Virus record (IMG/VR): IMGVR_UViG_3300028840_000472
Source: a virus
Lineage: Duplodnaviria; Heunggongvirae; Uroviricota; Caudoviricetes
DNA: 64,000 nt
Direction: 5' to 3' (one strand)
How positions within the stretch are numbered: position 1 is the first letter of the stretch; every line of letters begins with the position of its first letter. Shown here in pieces: positions 26,183-35,050 of this stretch. Below the pieces are notes generated by a model, which saw only the letters and a list, made by a program, of their open reading frames with translations, was not told the DNA's origin and did no database searches. The position numbers and the translations under genes were made by a program.

Positions 26183-26407
26183 TTAGATGCGGTCCAGTGA
26201 TTCGGCGAAGCCGTCGATGTCGGCCAGCGCTTCAGCGGCCAGCGCTTCTTTGCTGGCGATCCATGCGCGGGTAGCGGATGCGACGACGACTTCAGGATGC
26301 TGCGCGATGGTGTCGGCGTCTACGCGGCTGGTGATGAAGTCAACCAGATCGGCGACGGCGTCGGCGTCAAGGTTGTGGTCAGCTGCGAATTTGTTGATCA
26401 GGTCCAT
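26183..26407 (-). CDS. Hypothetical acidic protein (74 aa)
   Basis: ATG preceded by a GAGGACACGAAC leader and promoter copy 6. Confidence 0.45.
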   Translation of the reverse strand: MDLINKFAADHNLDADAVADLVDFITSRVDADTIAQHPEVVVASATRAWIASKEALAAEALADIDGFAESLDRI

Positions 26408-26465
26408 GTTCGTGTCCTCAGTTCTGTAGTTTTGCTTCAGTGTGTCTTCACTATATGGGGTATCG

Positions 26466-26478
26466 GCATAAATGTCAA
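26466..26478 (-). promoter_or_regulatory. Conserved early promoter TTGACATTTATGC (copy 6), -10 TATAGT
   Basis: 13-mer plus 71-nt leader. Confidence 0.6.
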
Positions 26479-26564
26479 CCCCTTTAGCGAAAAAAATCCG
26501 GCGACTGGCAGAAGGCGAGGACACGACTCCGAAACCTTCCGGGGATCCAGCTGCCGGATAGTGT

Positions 26565-27260
26565 CTACAGTATAACATCGACCAGTGAGGACGCGCCAGA
26601 CTCCGCTACAGCGTTCAGCAGGGCAGACAGGTATTCGGCGTCCGGGTGCGCGTCGCGCGGCGGATACAGCGCTTTAGCGGGCGTCAGAAGCCAGCGAATG
26701 AAGTGCAGCTTCAGCAGGTCCGGTACGTCGTGCATTCCAATCATGTCCAGCTGCAGCGCTGACAGGATCGCGTGTTCCAGCCCGAAGAACATGATTTCCT
26801 TGATCGTGTTTTCGCTGGTGTAAACCTCGATGTCATGTATCAGCCGATCATTCAGCAACAAGCCGTCGTTTGCGACATACATCAGATCGCAGAACGCGCC
26901 CCGGATTGTGTCGCGCGGCTGTTCCTCGAAGATCTGCACCTTGCCGAATCCGTCGAACTTGGAATACGTGGTATTGAACGCGTCTATTTTTGCGCGATCC
27001 TTTTCGACCACGTTCACCGACTTGACGTCCGGCTTCTCCGCGATCGACGCCGTCAGGTAGCCGTTACCGATGCCAGCGATCACGACGTGCCCCGTTGCAA
27101 GATACACAGGCAGCGCCGCCGCCTGTACTGTCTCCGGTGCCAGCGTAAGATCGCCGAAGTGCACTTCGCGCCCGATCCAGTATGTCGCCCCGTACGCGTT
27201 AGGAAAACCGCTGTATCGTTCTTCCAGCTGCGCCAGCGCGCGTTCTTCAGCCGGCTGCAC
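26565..27260 (-). CDS. Putative class I SAM-dependent methyltransferase-like protein (231 aa)
   Basis: Rossmann-type motif VVIAGIGNGYL followed by an acidic residue after the next strand (VNVVEKD). No DPPY/NPPY motif, so probably not a DNA amino-methyltransferase. Confidence 0.35.
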   Translation of the reverse strand: MQPAEERALAQLEERYSGFPNAYGATYWIGREVHFGDLTLAPETVQAAALPVYLATGHVVIAGIGNGYLTASIAEKPDVKSVNVVEKDRAKIDAFNTTYSKFDGFGKVQIFEEQPRDTIRGAFCDLMYVANDGLLLNDRLIHDIEVYTSENTIKEIMFFGLEHAILSALQLDMIGMHDVPDLLKLHFIRWLLTPAKALYPPRDAHPDAEYLSALLNAVAESGASSLVDVIL

Positions 27261-27603
27261 GTTGTGCAGCCTTGGCTTCGATAAACTTCAGGTAGTCGTC
27301 AGCGTTTGCGCGCCCGTGTTCCATCTTGATGACGTGGTAGCGTGAACAGCGAAACTCTTTCGCCGCCTTTTCCATAGACAGGTTGATGCGTCGGCGAAGA
27401 ATCGTCGCGCGCTCGCCGGCTTTCAGGTTGCGCACGTAGCGAAACTGTCGCGCTACTTGTTTCGGCGGTTCGATCACGTCACTTTCCCAGCGCGACACAA
27501 GTGTCTGTGTCACGTTGTGCGACTTGGCGAAGTCGTCCTGCGTCATGTCTTCACGACGCCGCCCGATCATGATCTTCTCGCCTGTTGTTAGCTTGATCTG
27601 CAT
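27247..27603 (-). CDS. XRE-family (Cro/CI-type) transcriptional regulator with two HTH units
   Basis: MIGRRREDMTQDDFAKSHNVTQTLVSRWES and LSMEKAAKEFRCSRYHVIKMEHGR are both HTH_XRE-like. Confidence 0.55.
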   Translation of the reverse strand: MQIKLTTGEKIMIGRRREDMTQDDFAKSHNVTQTLVSRWESDVIEPPKQVARQFRYVRNLKAGERATILRRRINLSMEKAAKEFRCSRYHVIKMEHGRANADDYLKFIEAKAAQRAAG

Positions 27604-28007
27604 AAAGCACCCCTAAAGTGTTGCCAGTCTATGCGCGTTTTATAATGCGCCCTGCTTACATCATACCAGTGCTGTCGCGTAAGTGTATCGACCTTTAGTG
27701 CTACTGGTGCACTGAACAAAAAGTATTCACGCGCGACACGAACAAACAGCCACGCATTACCGCCAGACAGCCAGCGGTTAACTAACCACTGACGCTGGCA
27801 GTCCTTGAAGTGATTTAACCGCACAGGCGTAGACGCGCGCTTCGGCCATTCATGCAGCGCCTTTAGTTCGATCCACACTTCGTTCGAATCGAAACAGCCG
27901 TTCACGTCGGGCGTGCCTTCGTCTACGGCGTTTTCTAACCGTATCCAGTGTTCGCCCTTACGCGACAGGTTGTCGCGCATGTACGCCCACAGCGACGATT
28001 CAGCCAC
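27588..28007 (-). CDS. VRR-NUC domain (PD-(D/E)xK) nuclease
   Basis: PDVNGCFDSNEVWIELK gives a D...E-x-K arrangement; 139 aa. Confidence 0.45.
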   Translation of the reverse strand: MAESSLWAYMRDNLSRKGEHWIRLENAVDEGTPDVNGCFDSNEVWIELKALHEWPKRASTPVRLNHFKDCQRQWLVNRWLSGGNAWLFVRVAREYFLFSAPVALKVDTLTRQHWYDVSRAHYKTRIDWQHFRGALCRSS

Positions 28008-28177
28008 GGTTCACGTGATCGACGAACGTCGTCTGCAGATTGTTTATCCACTCGAAAACAGACGCCCCGATAAAAATCAGGACTGCCATTAAGAGAAGAA
28101 ATTTCAATATGCGTTTTGTATCCATTCCCGTCCACCTTATCCTTGTCACTTTGTTCCCCTGCTTTCTCTCTCCGACG

Positions 28178-28564
28178 CTAACGCGTCAAAAACAGGCGTA
28201 TCTCTGTACCGAATGTCGCATACGTGAACCTGTTAATGTATTTCATGTCGCGTTCGAAGTCTTCGACAATCAATACGACTGCAGGTTTTCTCTTTGTCAT
28301 GCGTGCATAGTACAACGCCTGACCTATCGCTTCCGCCCACTTGTCGGCGAAGTCGAATTCTATCGCGTAGAACACGCCGTCGATCTGTGCCATGCAATCA
28401 ACGCGTGTCGCATCGCGTAACCTGTATTCCGTCACGCTGTCCGTGCCGTGTCCTGCGCACCAGTTCGTCTGATAATACCGTTCACTGTTAAGTCGTGCCG
28501 CTTCAGTGTCGCACCAGCCTGCAAACAATAAACACGCGATAAAAATATTACTAAGCGCCTTCAT
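28178..28564 (-). CDS. Secreted protein with signal peptide (about 128 aa)
   Basis: MKALSNIFIACLLFAGWCDTEAA signal-like N-terminus; internal ATG with GGTG RBS. Confidence 0.4.
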   Translation of the reverse strand: MKALSNIFIACLLFAGWCDTEAARLNSERYYQTNWCAGHGTDSVTEYRLRDATRVDCMAQIDGVFYAIEFDFADKWAEAIGQALYYARMTKRKPAVVLIVEDFERDMKYINRFTYATFGTEIRLFLTR

Positions 28565-28808
28565 GATGCACCACTTCGTTTTTATCGTTGCCGATCTCTT
28601 CAAGATAACTTTCGAACCCGTCCTGATAGTGTTCCTTGACAGGACTGTTACCGAATCCGACTAATACCTGCGCCTTGCACTTTGGGCAGATGAACTTGTC
28701 GCACCTGTAAATCTGGTACGGTTCGTCGCGCTTCGAGTACGTTACCCAGTGCGCGCCCGTTTTCTCGCACTGCATTTCGACATTGCATATTCCGCATACT
28801 GGCCGCAT
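28551..28808 (-). CDS. Zinc-ribbon protein (CGIC...C...CPKC)
   Basis: ORF track. Confidence 0.4.
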   Translation of the reverse strand: MRPVCGICNVEMQCEKTGAHWVTYSKRDEPYQIYRCDKFICPKCKAQVLVGFGNSPVKEHYQDGFESYLEEIGNDKNEVVHHEGA

Positions 28809-28812
28809 GTTA

Positions 28813-29034
28813 TCACCCTTCTATCTTTTTCATCTGTGCAATCAGAAACGCGGTACACTCTGCATTCCCGAAGCACGCTTCAACGCGTATCGCACCGCGC
28901 AAGTATGACTTCTTATCTTCATTCGTCGGCAGTTCTGTTAGACGCTGCAGTACCTTCTTTTTGTACTCCTGCGTAGTTCTGTTGTTCACGTTTCGTTCTC
29001 CCCCGCTTCTTTCGCGTGTAGTCGCTCCTTCCAA
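28813..29034 (-). CDS. Hypothetical protein (73 aa)
   Basis: ORF track. Confidence 0.3.
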   Translation of the reverse strand: MEGATTRERSGGERNVNNRTTQEYKKKVLQRLTELPTNEDKKSYLRGAIRVEACFGNAECTAFLIAQMKKIEG

Positions 29035-29168
29035 TCACTCCCCGGTTCATATTCAAACACCGCGCACCGGTTCGGAAACCCGGTGCGCCCGTCCGCGCAA
29101 AAGTATTCGCCGTCTTCGTATCGAAACGCGACACACGACCAGCAGTTACTGCTCCGCGATACGTTCAC
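28986..29168 (-). CDS. Small Cys-rich protein (60 aa)
   Basis: ORF track. Confidence 0.3.
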   Translation of the reverse strand: MNVSRSSNCWSCVAFRYEDGEYFCADGRTGFPNRCAVFEYEPGSDWKERLHAKEAGENET

Positions 29169-29421
29169 TTAGATGCACGATCCCTTTAGCAAGCACGTCG
29201 GTCCGCGCGTACAGTATCGAAAGCCGTTTTCGAATCCAGCGCACTTGTGTCGCGTACGCCGGACTGTCGCGGTAGACTTCGTGCTTGCGCAATTTCTGCA
29301 GCCGCACTTCCAGCGCGGCAATTTCCTTGAAGTCCTTTTCGATCAGTTCACATCGACGCCGGCGTTCGATGATGAAGAACGGAACGTCGGCGGCGTAGCT
29401 GTTTTCCTGTAACATTGTCAC
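29146..29421 (-). CDS. Hypothetical protein (91 aa)
   Basis: ORF track. Confidence 0.4.
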   Translation of the reverse strand: MTMLQENSYAADVPFFIIERRRRCELIEKDFKEIAALEVRLQKLRKHEVYRDSPAYATQVRWIRKRLSILYARTDVLAKGIVHLSERIAEQ

Positions 29422-29657
29422 ACCATCTTCGATTCGATGCGCGCGATACTTCTGCGCATACGCTTGACGAAGTCCATTAGCAGCACGATGCGTTCGAGAT
29501 AATACACCGCTTCGGGACTGCCGGCATCCAGTGCGCGACGCTTTTCGTGGTACGCACTGATCGTCCGCAGCGCCTGCTTCCGTATCTTCCGCCGTCGTTC
29601 CAGTTCTTCTTCAAAGAACGACGGCGGCACATTATACACTAAGCGTTCTTTTCCCAT
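29418..29657 (-). CDS. Hypothetical basic protein (about 79 aa)
   Basis: Internal ATG 1 nt after the upstream stop. Confidence 0.35.
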   Translation of the reverse strand: MGKERLVYNVPPSFFEEELERRRKIRKQALRTISAYHEKRRALDAGSPEAVYYLERIVLLMDFVKRMRRSIARIESKMV

Positions 29658-29658
29658 G

Positions 29659-29985
29659 TCAGCACCAGTAGGTCCGTTTCCAGTGTTTACGCGGCATCGA
29701 CGAAAGCTTACCAGCAACGCCGCCGTTGTTTGCGACAAAACCATTCCAGTGCGCTTGTACCCGTTTGCGGCTGGAACTGCCGTCAAGTTCGTGCGTACCG
29801 GTCGGCCCGGTCATGCGGAACTTCACGCGCGTGAATTCCTTTTCGTTGTAGACCTGTCGATCGCTGTCGCGTCCGTAATCCGTATGGAAGTAATGGTTCA
29901 CGTCATACACGACTTCGATCTTGCAGCCCGTGTCCGGCGTCAATGGTTCGTCCCAGTATTCGACCTTGTCGTATCCTACGTTCAT
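29659..29985 (-). CDS. Hypothetical protein (108 aa)
   Basis: ORF track; GAGGACACGATAATG leader. Confidence 0.4.
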   Translation of the reverse strand: MNVGYDKVEYWDEPLTPDTGCKIEVVYDVNHYFHTDYGRDSDRQVYNEKEFTRVKFRMTGPTGTHELDGSSSRKRVQAHWNGFVANNGGVAGKLSSMPRKHWKRTYWC

Positions 29986-29999
29986 TATCGTGTCCTCTA

Positions 30000-30206
30000 T
30001 TAGTCGTTCCAGCAGTCGTTCAGTACAGTGATCAGGCGCGTCCCCGGCATCGTGGTCAGCTTGCCGCCGGCGTAGGTTCCGATCTTCTTATTGCTACCGG
30101 TGCCCCACTCGACGATGTATCCACCCAGTGCGCGTTCCTTGCGGATGCGGACGACCTTCGTGATGTCTTGGCTACCGCGTGTTCCGTGTATGGTAAGTTC
30201 TTTCAT
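30000..30206 (-). CDS. Hypothetical protein (68 aa)
   Basis: ORF track; promoter copy 7 and leader. Confidence 0.45.
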   Translation of the reverse strand: MKELTIHGTRGSQDITKVVRIRKERALGGYIVEWGTGSNKKIGTYAGGKLTTMPGTRLITVLNDCWND

Positions 30207-30258
30207 CGTCGTGTCCTCAGTGCGTTCGTTCAGTGTAGGTATAGATTATCGAACGTCT

Positions 30259-30271
30259 GCATAAATGTCAA
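30259..30271 (-). promoter_or_regulatory. Conserved early promoter TTGACATTTATGC (copy 7), -10 TAATCT
   Basis: 13-mer plus 65-nt leader; a TTGACTTTCG variant lies at about 30307-30319. Confidence 0.6.
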
Positions 30272-30328
30272 CACCTTGCAACAAAAAAATTCAATTATTT
30301 TTTAATCTTCACGAAAGTCAACGGGTTA

Positions 30329-30346
30329 GCCGGCCCGAAGGCCGGC
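30329..30346 (-). other. Stable UUCG-tetraloop hairpin GCCGGCC-UUCG-GGCCGGC, 11 nt after a stop codon (copy 2 of 2)
   Basis: Identical 18-mer to 25523..25540, in the same position relative to a gene end. Confidence 0.5.
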
Positions 30347-30356
30347 TTTCTGTGGG

Positions 30357-30725
30357 TTAGTAGGTGATGTTCGCGACCATTTCGTGCCAGCCTTCGACGG
30401 TCGCCGGGTAGCCAGCGTCGCGGCACTGCTTGCGCATGTGGGGTTCAAGATAGCCCTTCCCCATCATGATGTTAAGCGGGGATTCATCCCGTTCGAGCGC
30501 GCCCAGATACTCTTCGACGGTGAAGTTCTTCACCATGAAATTGACCCATGACTTCCACGCCCTGTTGTACTTGAAGCGTGCGATGAATGCAGCCTTCGGA
30601 AGACCGAAGCGGGTCGGATGGCAGCGCTCGCCGTTCTCGCCGTAGTAGGTCGTATACACGCCCTGCTCGCCTTCGTAGGTCAGATACATGCCGTCCCAGT
30701 TGAATTTGTCTTTGTCGAAGTTCAT
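30357..30725 (-). CDS. Hypothetical protein (122 aa)
   Basis: ORF track; promoter copy 8 and leader. Confidence 0.5.
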   Translation of the reverse strand: MNFDKDKFNWDGMYLTYEGEQGVYTTYYGENGERCHPTRFGLPKAAFIARFKYNRAWKSWVNFMVKNFTVEEYLGALERDESPLNIMMGKGYLEPHMRKQCRDAGYPATVEGWHEMVANITY

Positions 30726-30780
30726 TGTCGTGTCCTCAGTGGTGTGTTGTGCTTCAGTGACTACAGTATCCAGTTTGTCG

Positions 30781-30793
30781 GCATAAATGTCAA
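30781..30793 (-). promoter_or_regulatory. Conserved early promoter TTGACATTTATGC (copy 8), -10 GATACT
   Basis: 13-mer plus 68-nt leader. Confidence 0.6.
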
Positions 30794-30812
30794 CCCCTTT
30801 AGAAAAAAAATT

Positions 30813-32792
30813 TTAGAGATCTTCCATCGTCCCCCAGTTCGGCCCGCGCTCGCCGTCCACGACGACCGGGATCTTCAGCTGTATGCAGTTTTCCATGATG
30901 TCGACCAGTTCCCGAAAACCTTCTGCAGCTTCCTGTGTGCCGCTGTCGCTGAAGTTCAGTTCGTCGTGGACCGTGATCAGGGGGATCCCTGTCGCGTCGA
31001 ATACGCCGGCCCTGTGCGCGTCACGCATGGCTTTCTTCATCATGTCAGCGGACGATCCCTGCAGGACCGCGTTCAGTGCCGCGTGTGTGCCGGCGCGCTG
31101 GATGTTCGACCCGTATTCCCTGATCGCGTCTTCCTTCGGCAGCGGTTTCATTTTGTCGCGTTCGGCCTTGTCCATGAAGTTCGCCGATTCGAACAGATCG
31201 AAACGCCGACGCCGACCGAGTACCGTCTTCACGTACCCGCGATTCTTTGCCGTGCTGATTGCAAGGTCGTACGTCTTCTTCACGAACGGGACGCCTTCGT
31301 GGTACGCCTCGAACAGCGGCGTCGCTTCCTTCACGGTCATGCCAAGATTTGCAGCCAGTGCTGGCACGCCCATCCCGTAGCACAGCCCGAAGTTAATGTT
31401 CTTCGTCGGCTTGCGGTCCAGCATGATCGCAGTTATCACGTGGATAAGTTCGCGCGTCATCTGGTGATAATCTGTCTTCGGATCCTTGCGATAACGTTCG
31501 CGCGCTTCGTCTGCACCGGGACCGACAGCGAAGTGTGAAAGCAAGCGATATTCGATCTGCGAGTAGTCATAGCGACGCCAGTACGGATCGCCGGGATCTG
31601 GAATAAACAGCGAACGGATAAGCGGCCCGATAATCTTGTCGCGTGATGGTATGTTCTGCAGGTTCGGGTTCGATGAACTGAAGCGCCCGGACACTGTGCC
31701 GTTTTCGTCACCGCGTAACGGATGGAACTGCGCGTGTATGCGGCCATTGATCACGCTGCCCAGTATGTGCCCGTCGATGAACGTGCCGATCGTCTTGTCC
31801 AGACTGCGGACCTGTACGATCATCTGCGCAAGTTCGCTTTCGTGATTTTCCAGCCACGCCTTCGTGAACGACGGCTTCTTCGTTTTCGCTGTGTGCGGGT
31901 AGTGTATGCCTTCGGCATCGAATGCACGCGCGATAGTTTCTGCTGCCCATACGTCGACCGGCGCGCCCGCCATCTTGTTCAGCTTCTTCTGCAGTTCCGC
32001 CTGTTGCCCGCGCATCGTTGCGCGTACTTCATCCGCGCGATCGACGTCGACTGCGACACCGTGCCAGCGCATTTCCAGCAGCAACGGCAGCAGATCCGTT
32101 TCCAGCTGAAACAGTTCCAGCAGTTCCTGCTTTTCAAGTTCGCGTCGCTGCAGATGCCAGATGCGCAGCGGAAGATCGACGTCGCCTTCAGCGTACGGAC
32201 CGACCAGCTGCACCGGTGCGCGATAAATATTCCCGGCCTGATCTTTACGCGTGAACTTTCCGCCGTACGTATCCGCCAGCCAGTGATACAGATCGTTGTC
32301 TTTCTTTCCTTCGTTCAGCCACTGACGCGCCAGCTTTTCCAGCGCGTAGGAAAACGCGTTTTCGTCTAGCAATGCCTGCGCGCTTTGCACGTCGATCAGA
32401 TCGCCGGCAACGTTCACGCCGTCAGCGCGCAGCATCGATACGTCGTACATCAGGTTCGCGCCGATCTTCGGTTGATGCGGACGCGACAGTTCTTCGCGCG
32501 CCCAGCGAAGCACCATTTCCGGGTCCATGTTTTGATGCCCGAATTCGTGCCGCATGGGGAAGTACCAGCGCCCGCCGTCGTCGGTGCCGACCGCGATGCC
32601 GACGATCTTGCCGTCGCCGCGTATGTCGCCGGGTCCGTCCTGCTTCAGTCGCTTGTCCTTGGTTTCGACGTCGATCGCGATTTCCTTCGCGGCATCCAGC
32701 CGGGGAAATTGTTGCGGCGGCGTCCAGCCTGTGTCGGGAACCTTCGCTGCCAGATCTTCACGCGACAGCAGCATACCCTGTTCGCCCTTCAT
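30813..32792 (-). CDS. polA: Family A DNA polymerase (Pol I-like) with N-terminal 3'-5' exonuclease domain
   Basis: Exo motif IAIDVETKD. Polymerase motif B KNINFGLCYGMGVPALAANL and motif C LITVHDELNF. 659 aa. Confidence 0.85.
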   Translation of the reverse strand: MKGEQGMLLSREDLAAKVPDTGWTPPQQFPRLDAAKEIAIDVETKDKRLKQDGPGDIRGDGKIVGIAVGTDDGGRWYFPMRHEFGHQNMDPEMVLRWAREELSRPHQPKIGANLMYDVSMLRADGVNVAGDLIDVQSAQALLDENAFSYALEKLARQWLNEGKKDNDLYHWLADTYGGKFTRKDQAGNIYRAPVQLVGPYAEGDVDLPLRIWHLQRRELEKQELLELFQLETDLLPLLLEMRWHGVAVDVDRADEVRATMRGQQAELQKKLNKMAGAPVDVWAAETIARAFDAEGIHYPHTAKTKKPSFTKAWLENHESELAQMIVQVRSLDKTIGTFIDGHILGSVINGRIHAQFHPLRGDENGTVSGRFSSSNPNLQNIPSRDKIIGPLIRSLFIPDPGDPYWRRYDYSQIEYRLLSHFAVGPGADEARERYRKDPKTDYHQMTRELIHVITAIMLDRKPTKNINFGLCYGMGVPALAANLGMTVKEATPLFEAYHEGVPFVKKTYDLAISTAKNRGYVKTVLGRRRRFDLFESANFMDKAERDKMKPLPKEDAIREYGSNIQRAGTHAALNAVLQGSSADMMKKAMRDAHRAGVFDATGIPLITVHDELNFSDSGTQEAAEGFRELVDIMENCIQLKIPVVVDGERGPNWGTMEDL

Positions 32793-33784
32793 TGATCGCG
32801 TACGCCCATGATCGCCCCGTCGATGTTCGACTTGTTCGTGAAACCCGACGCCGACGGATACGCCTTCACGTCAAGATGTGTCGCAACGCGCAACACGCGC
32901 GCCAGTAGATCCGCGCGCCATCGGCTATCTTCTTCCGGCAAGCCGTTGACCTGAACGAACGCGTCAGCGTCCCCGCTTTCGTTGTGGTACGCGCTGACGA
33001 CACCGCCGCCGATTTCGATACACGGGAACGACTTCTCACAGAACGGCGTCAGATCTTCCAGTGCCTTCAGAAGCCCGTCAGGGACCGCTGCAGCGTCCCT
33101 GCAGTCAGGGACAACCCTGTCAAGGTCAGGCACGTCGCCGGCGTTATACAGCGCCGTGCGCAGCCATACGTCGCCTATTTTGAACGTCGCCGAACTGTCC
33201 GACGCCCGGATCGCTTCGATCGGCTTATTGATTCGCAGCAGTTCATGAACGGCGGCATCGGGCAGCGCCAGCGCCAGCCCCGGATCCAGATCATCTTCGA
33301 AGATCCGCACCATCGTCATGCCGTCGGTGCCGTAGATGTAGCCCTTGCGTATGACGACGCCGCGCATCCAGATCCGCCCGCTTTTCTTGTCGGCAGAAAA
33401 CGCGCTGGCGATCTTCAGCGAATCGATCAACCCGTGTTCGAGTGTGTACTTCTCGCCTTCAGGAAACTGTCGCGGGAAGTTAATCGACGGGACCAGCGGG
33501 ATCGATGCCTTGAAGCCCTTAGACGTCACCTGAAGCCGTTTCGCCGTAGCCTTGACCTGTGCGTCGTCCCGCTTGTTAAGCGCCGCCAGCAGCTTGTCAG
33601 CCGGGACACAGATGCCCTGCAAATCGAACGGCGATGGCATGTCGACAGCGACGGCGTTATTGACGACCTGCATCCGCGACGGACCGTCGTCTGCGACGCG
33701 ATAAAACAGGACGCAACGCAACGCGTCATGTTCTGCTTTGTTGTTCACGACAGCCTTGATTATTTTCTTATGTAGCGCTTCCAT
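32789..33784 (-). CDS. DNA polymerase sliding-clamp-like protein (DnaN/beta-clamp fold, 331 aa)
   Basis: Segment ...SINFPRQFPEGE...RIWMRGVVIRKGYIYGTDGMTMVRI matches the beta-clamp ...FP.lp...R..L.GV.l....l..vATDG.RLa pattern. 4-nt overlap coupling with polA. Confidence 0.5.
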   Translation of the reverse strand: MEALHKKIIKAVVNNKAEHDALRCVLFYRVADDGPSRMQVVNNAVAVDMPSPFDLQGICVPADKLLAALNKRDDAQVKATAKRLQVTSKGFKASIPLVPSINFPRQFPEGEKYTLEHGLIDSLKIASAFSADKKSGRIWMRGVVIRKGYIYGTDGMTMVRIFEDDLDPGLALALPDAAVHELLRINKPIEAIRASDSSATFKIGDVWLRTALYNAGDVPDLDRVVPDCRDAAAVPDGLLKALEDLTPFCEKSFPCIEIGGGVVSAYHNESGDADAFVQVNGLPEEDSRWRADLLARVLRVATHLDVKAYPSASGFTNKSNIDGAIMGVRDQ

Positions 33785-33787
33785 GTG

Positions 33788-34411
33788 TCAGTCCTCGAAC
33801 TTGTCCAGCGTGCAGTTGAATATACCCGGACCGTCGTCCACGGTAGACGCCGCGACACAGATGTGATCGAAGTCCAGCTTGTCATCGTCGACCAGTCCGA
33901 ACGGCATCCCGGTTTCTGTCGCGATCGCCATGCGGAATTCGTTTATCGTGAAATCCTCCGACGCTGCAGTAGCTGCTTCGTATGCGTACTGTACATTGTC
34001 ACCGTACAAGTAGACACCAGTATCTTCTTCGACCCACAGCTGCTTCGCGTGCACGATGTTATCGTCTTCGACGTCGTACGGAAACGCCGCGACGTCTGTT
34101 ATTGTTCGCTTGTTATTCTTTCTCCCCCAGCTTACCCGACCGGCGACGATGTACGGATCATCGCCGAAGAAGTATGGAAACACCACCCACGACCCGACGT
34201 GTACAGCTGACAGCTGCCAGTGCCCGCCATTATCGCTGCCTGTCAGTTCGTTAAGGTTCAGCAAGCAACGCCTGTGCATTGCTTCGTATAGCGCACTGCC
34301 CACAGTCGGAAGGTTAGCCACGATGTTGTCCCCTGTAATAGATCGGGCGGATAGGGTTATAGCGCTACACGTCTGTAGCTGCGTGCAGGGATCAGACTTA
34401 ACTGATCCCAC
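33788..34411 (-). CDS. Hypothetical protein (up to 207 aa; start uncertain)
   Basis: ORF track. Confidence 0.35.
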   Translation of the reverse strand: MGSVKSDPCTQLQTCSAITLSARSITGDNIVANLPTVGSALYEAMHRRCLLNLNELTGSDNGGHWQLSAVHVGSWVVFPYFFGDDPYIVAGRVSWGRKNNKRTITDVAAFPYDVEDDNIVHAKQLWVEEDTGVYLYGDNVQYAYEAATAASEDFTINEFRMAIATETGMPFGLVDDDKLDFDHICVAASTVDDGPGIFNCTLDKFED

Positions 34412-34444
34412 CCCTAACTAGCACGCGTTCATCGCCCGAATTCG

Positions 34445-34996
34445 TTAGTCCCTGAATATCGGCGCGTCCATTCCTGCCGGCAGTACAAGGTAGTATTTGC
34501 CTGCGCGGAACTGACGCCCGTACCCCTTGCGAACCAGATTGTGATCACGCCAGAAACGCTTCGGATCAGGGTAGTCAGCGACTTTGCAAAGTTCTTCTAT
34601 TGTAGCACCGTTAGCCAGCGCCGCGACGACTTTGCCGATCCGGCTATTGCGACGCAGCGGCTTGACTTCGGCAACCTTTTCCAATGCGCCGACGTCCTTC
34701 GTTGCCTTCATCGAAATCGTACGATCGACGAACTGTGTGCGCGTCATCTTGTCGGCCAGCATAGCGATCGCCTGCACCTTGTTTGTGTCGACGCTGATAT
34801 GGCTTTCGTCAGATTCGCACAGGTTGTTATACAGTGCGACAATCTGTCCGATGGTCAGCGGGTTCAGGTCGTCGCGGTTAGCGTCTGCGATGTACCAGTT
34901 GAACTTCATGCGCCGCGCCATGTTGCCGGCGGCTGCACGTGTCGCAAAACGCGCCTTGACCTGCAGGGTGTCCAAGTTAATTAAATATGTCGGCAT
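34445..34996 (-). CDS. Hypothetical protein (183 aa)
   Basis: ORF track; GAGGACACGAACATG leader. Confidence 0.45.
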   Translation of the reverse strand: MPTYLINLDTLQVKARFATRAAAGNMARRMKFNWYIADANRDDLNPLTIGQIVALYNNLCESDESHISVDTNKVQAIAMLADKMTRTQFVDRTISMKATKDVGALEKVAEVKPLRRNSRIGKVVAALANGATIEELCKVADYPDPKRFWRDHNLVRKGYGRQFRAGKYYLVLPAGMDAPIFRD

Positions 34997-35050
34997 GTTC
35001 GTGTCCTCTAAGGTTGTGGGGCGTCCCTGCCCCGTTGTAGTCCGTTGTGA

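Noticed and set aside
30618-31538. 306-aa plus-strand ORF, with other long Arg/Ala-rich ORFs such as 31722..32369, 32984..33775, 60348..61751 and 56716..57579
   Set aside because: Antisense shadow ORFs inside well-supported minus-strand genes (polA, clamp, major tail, TMP). High GC yields long spurious frames with Arg/Pro/Ala-rich, low-complexity translations.
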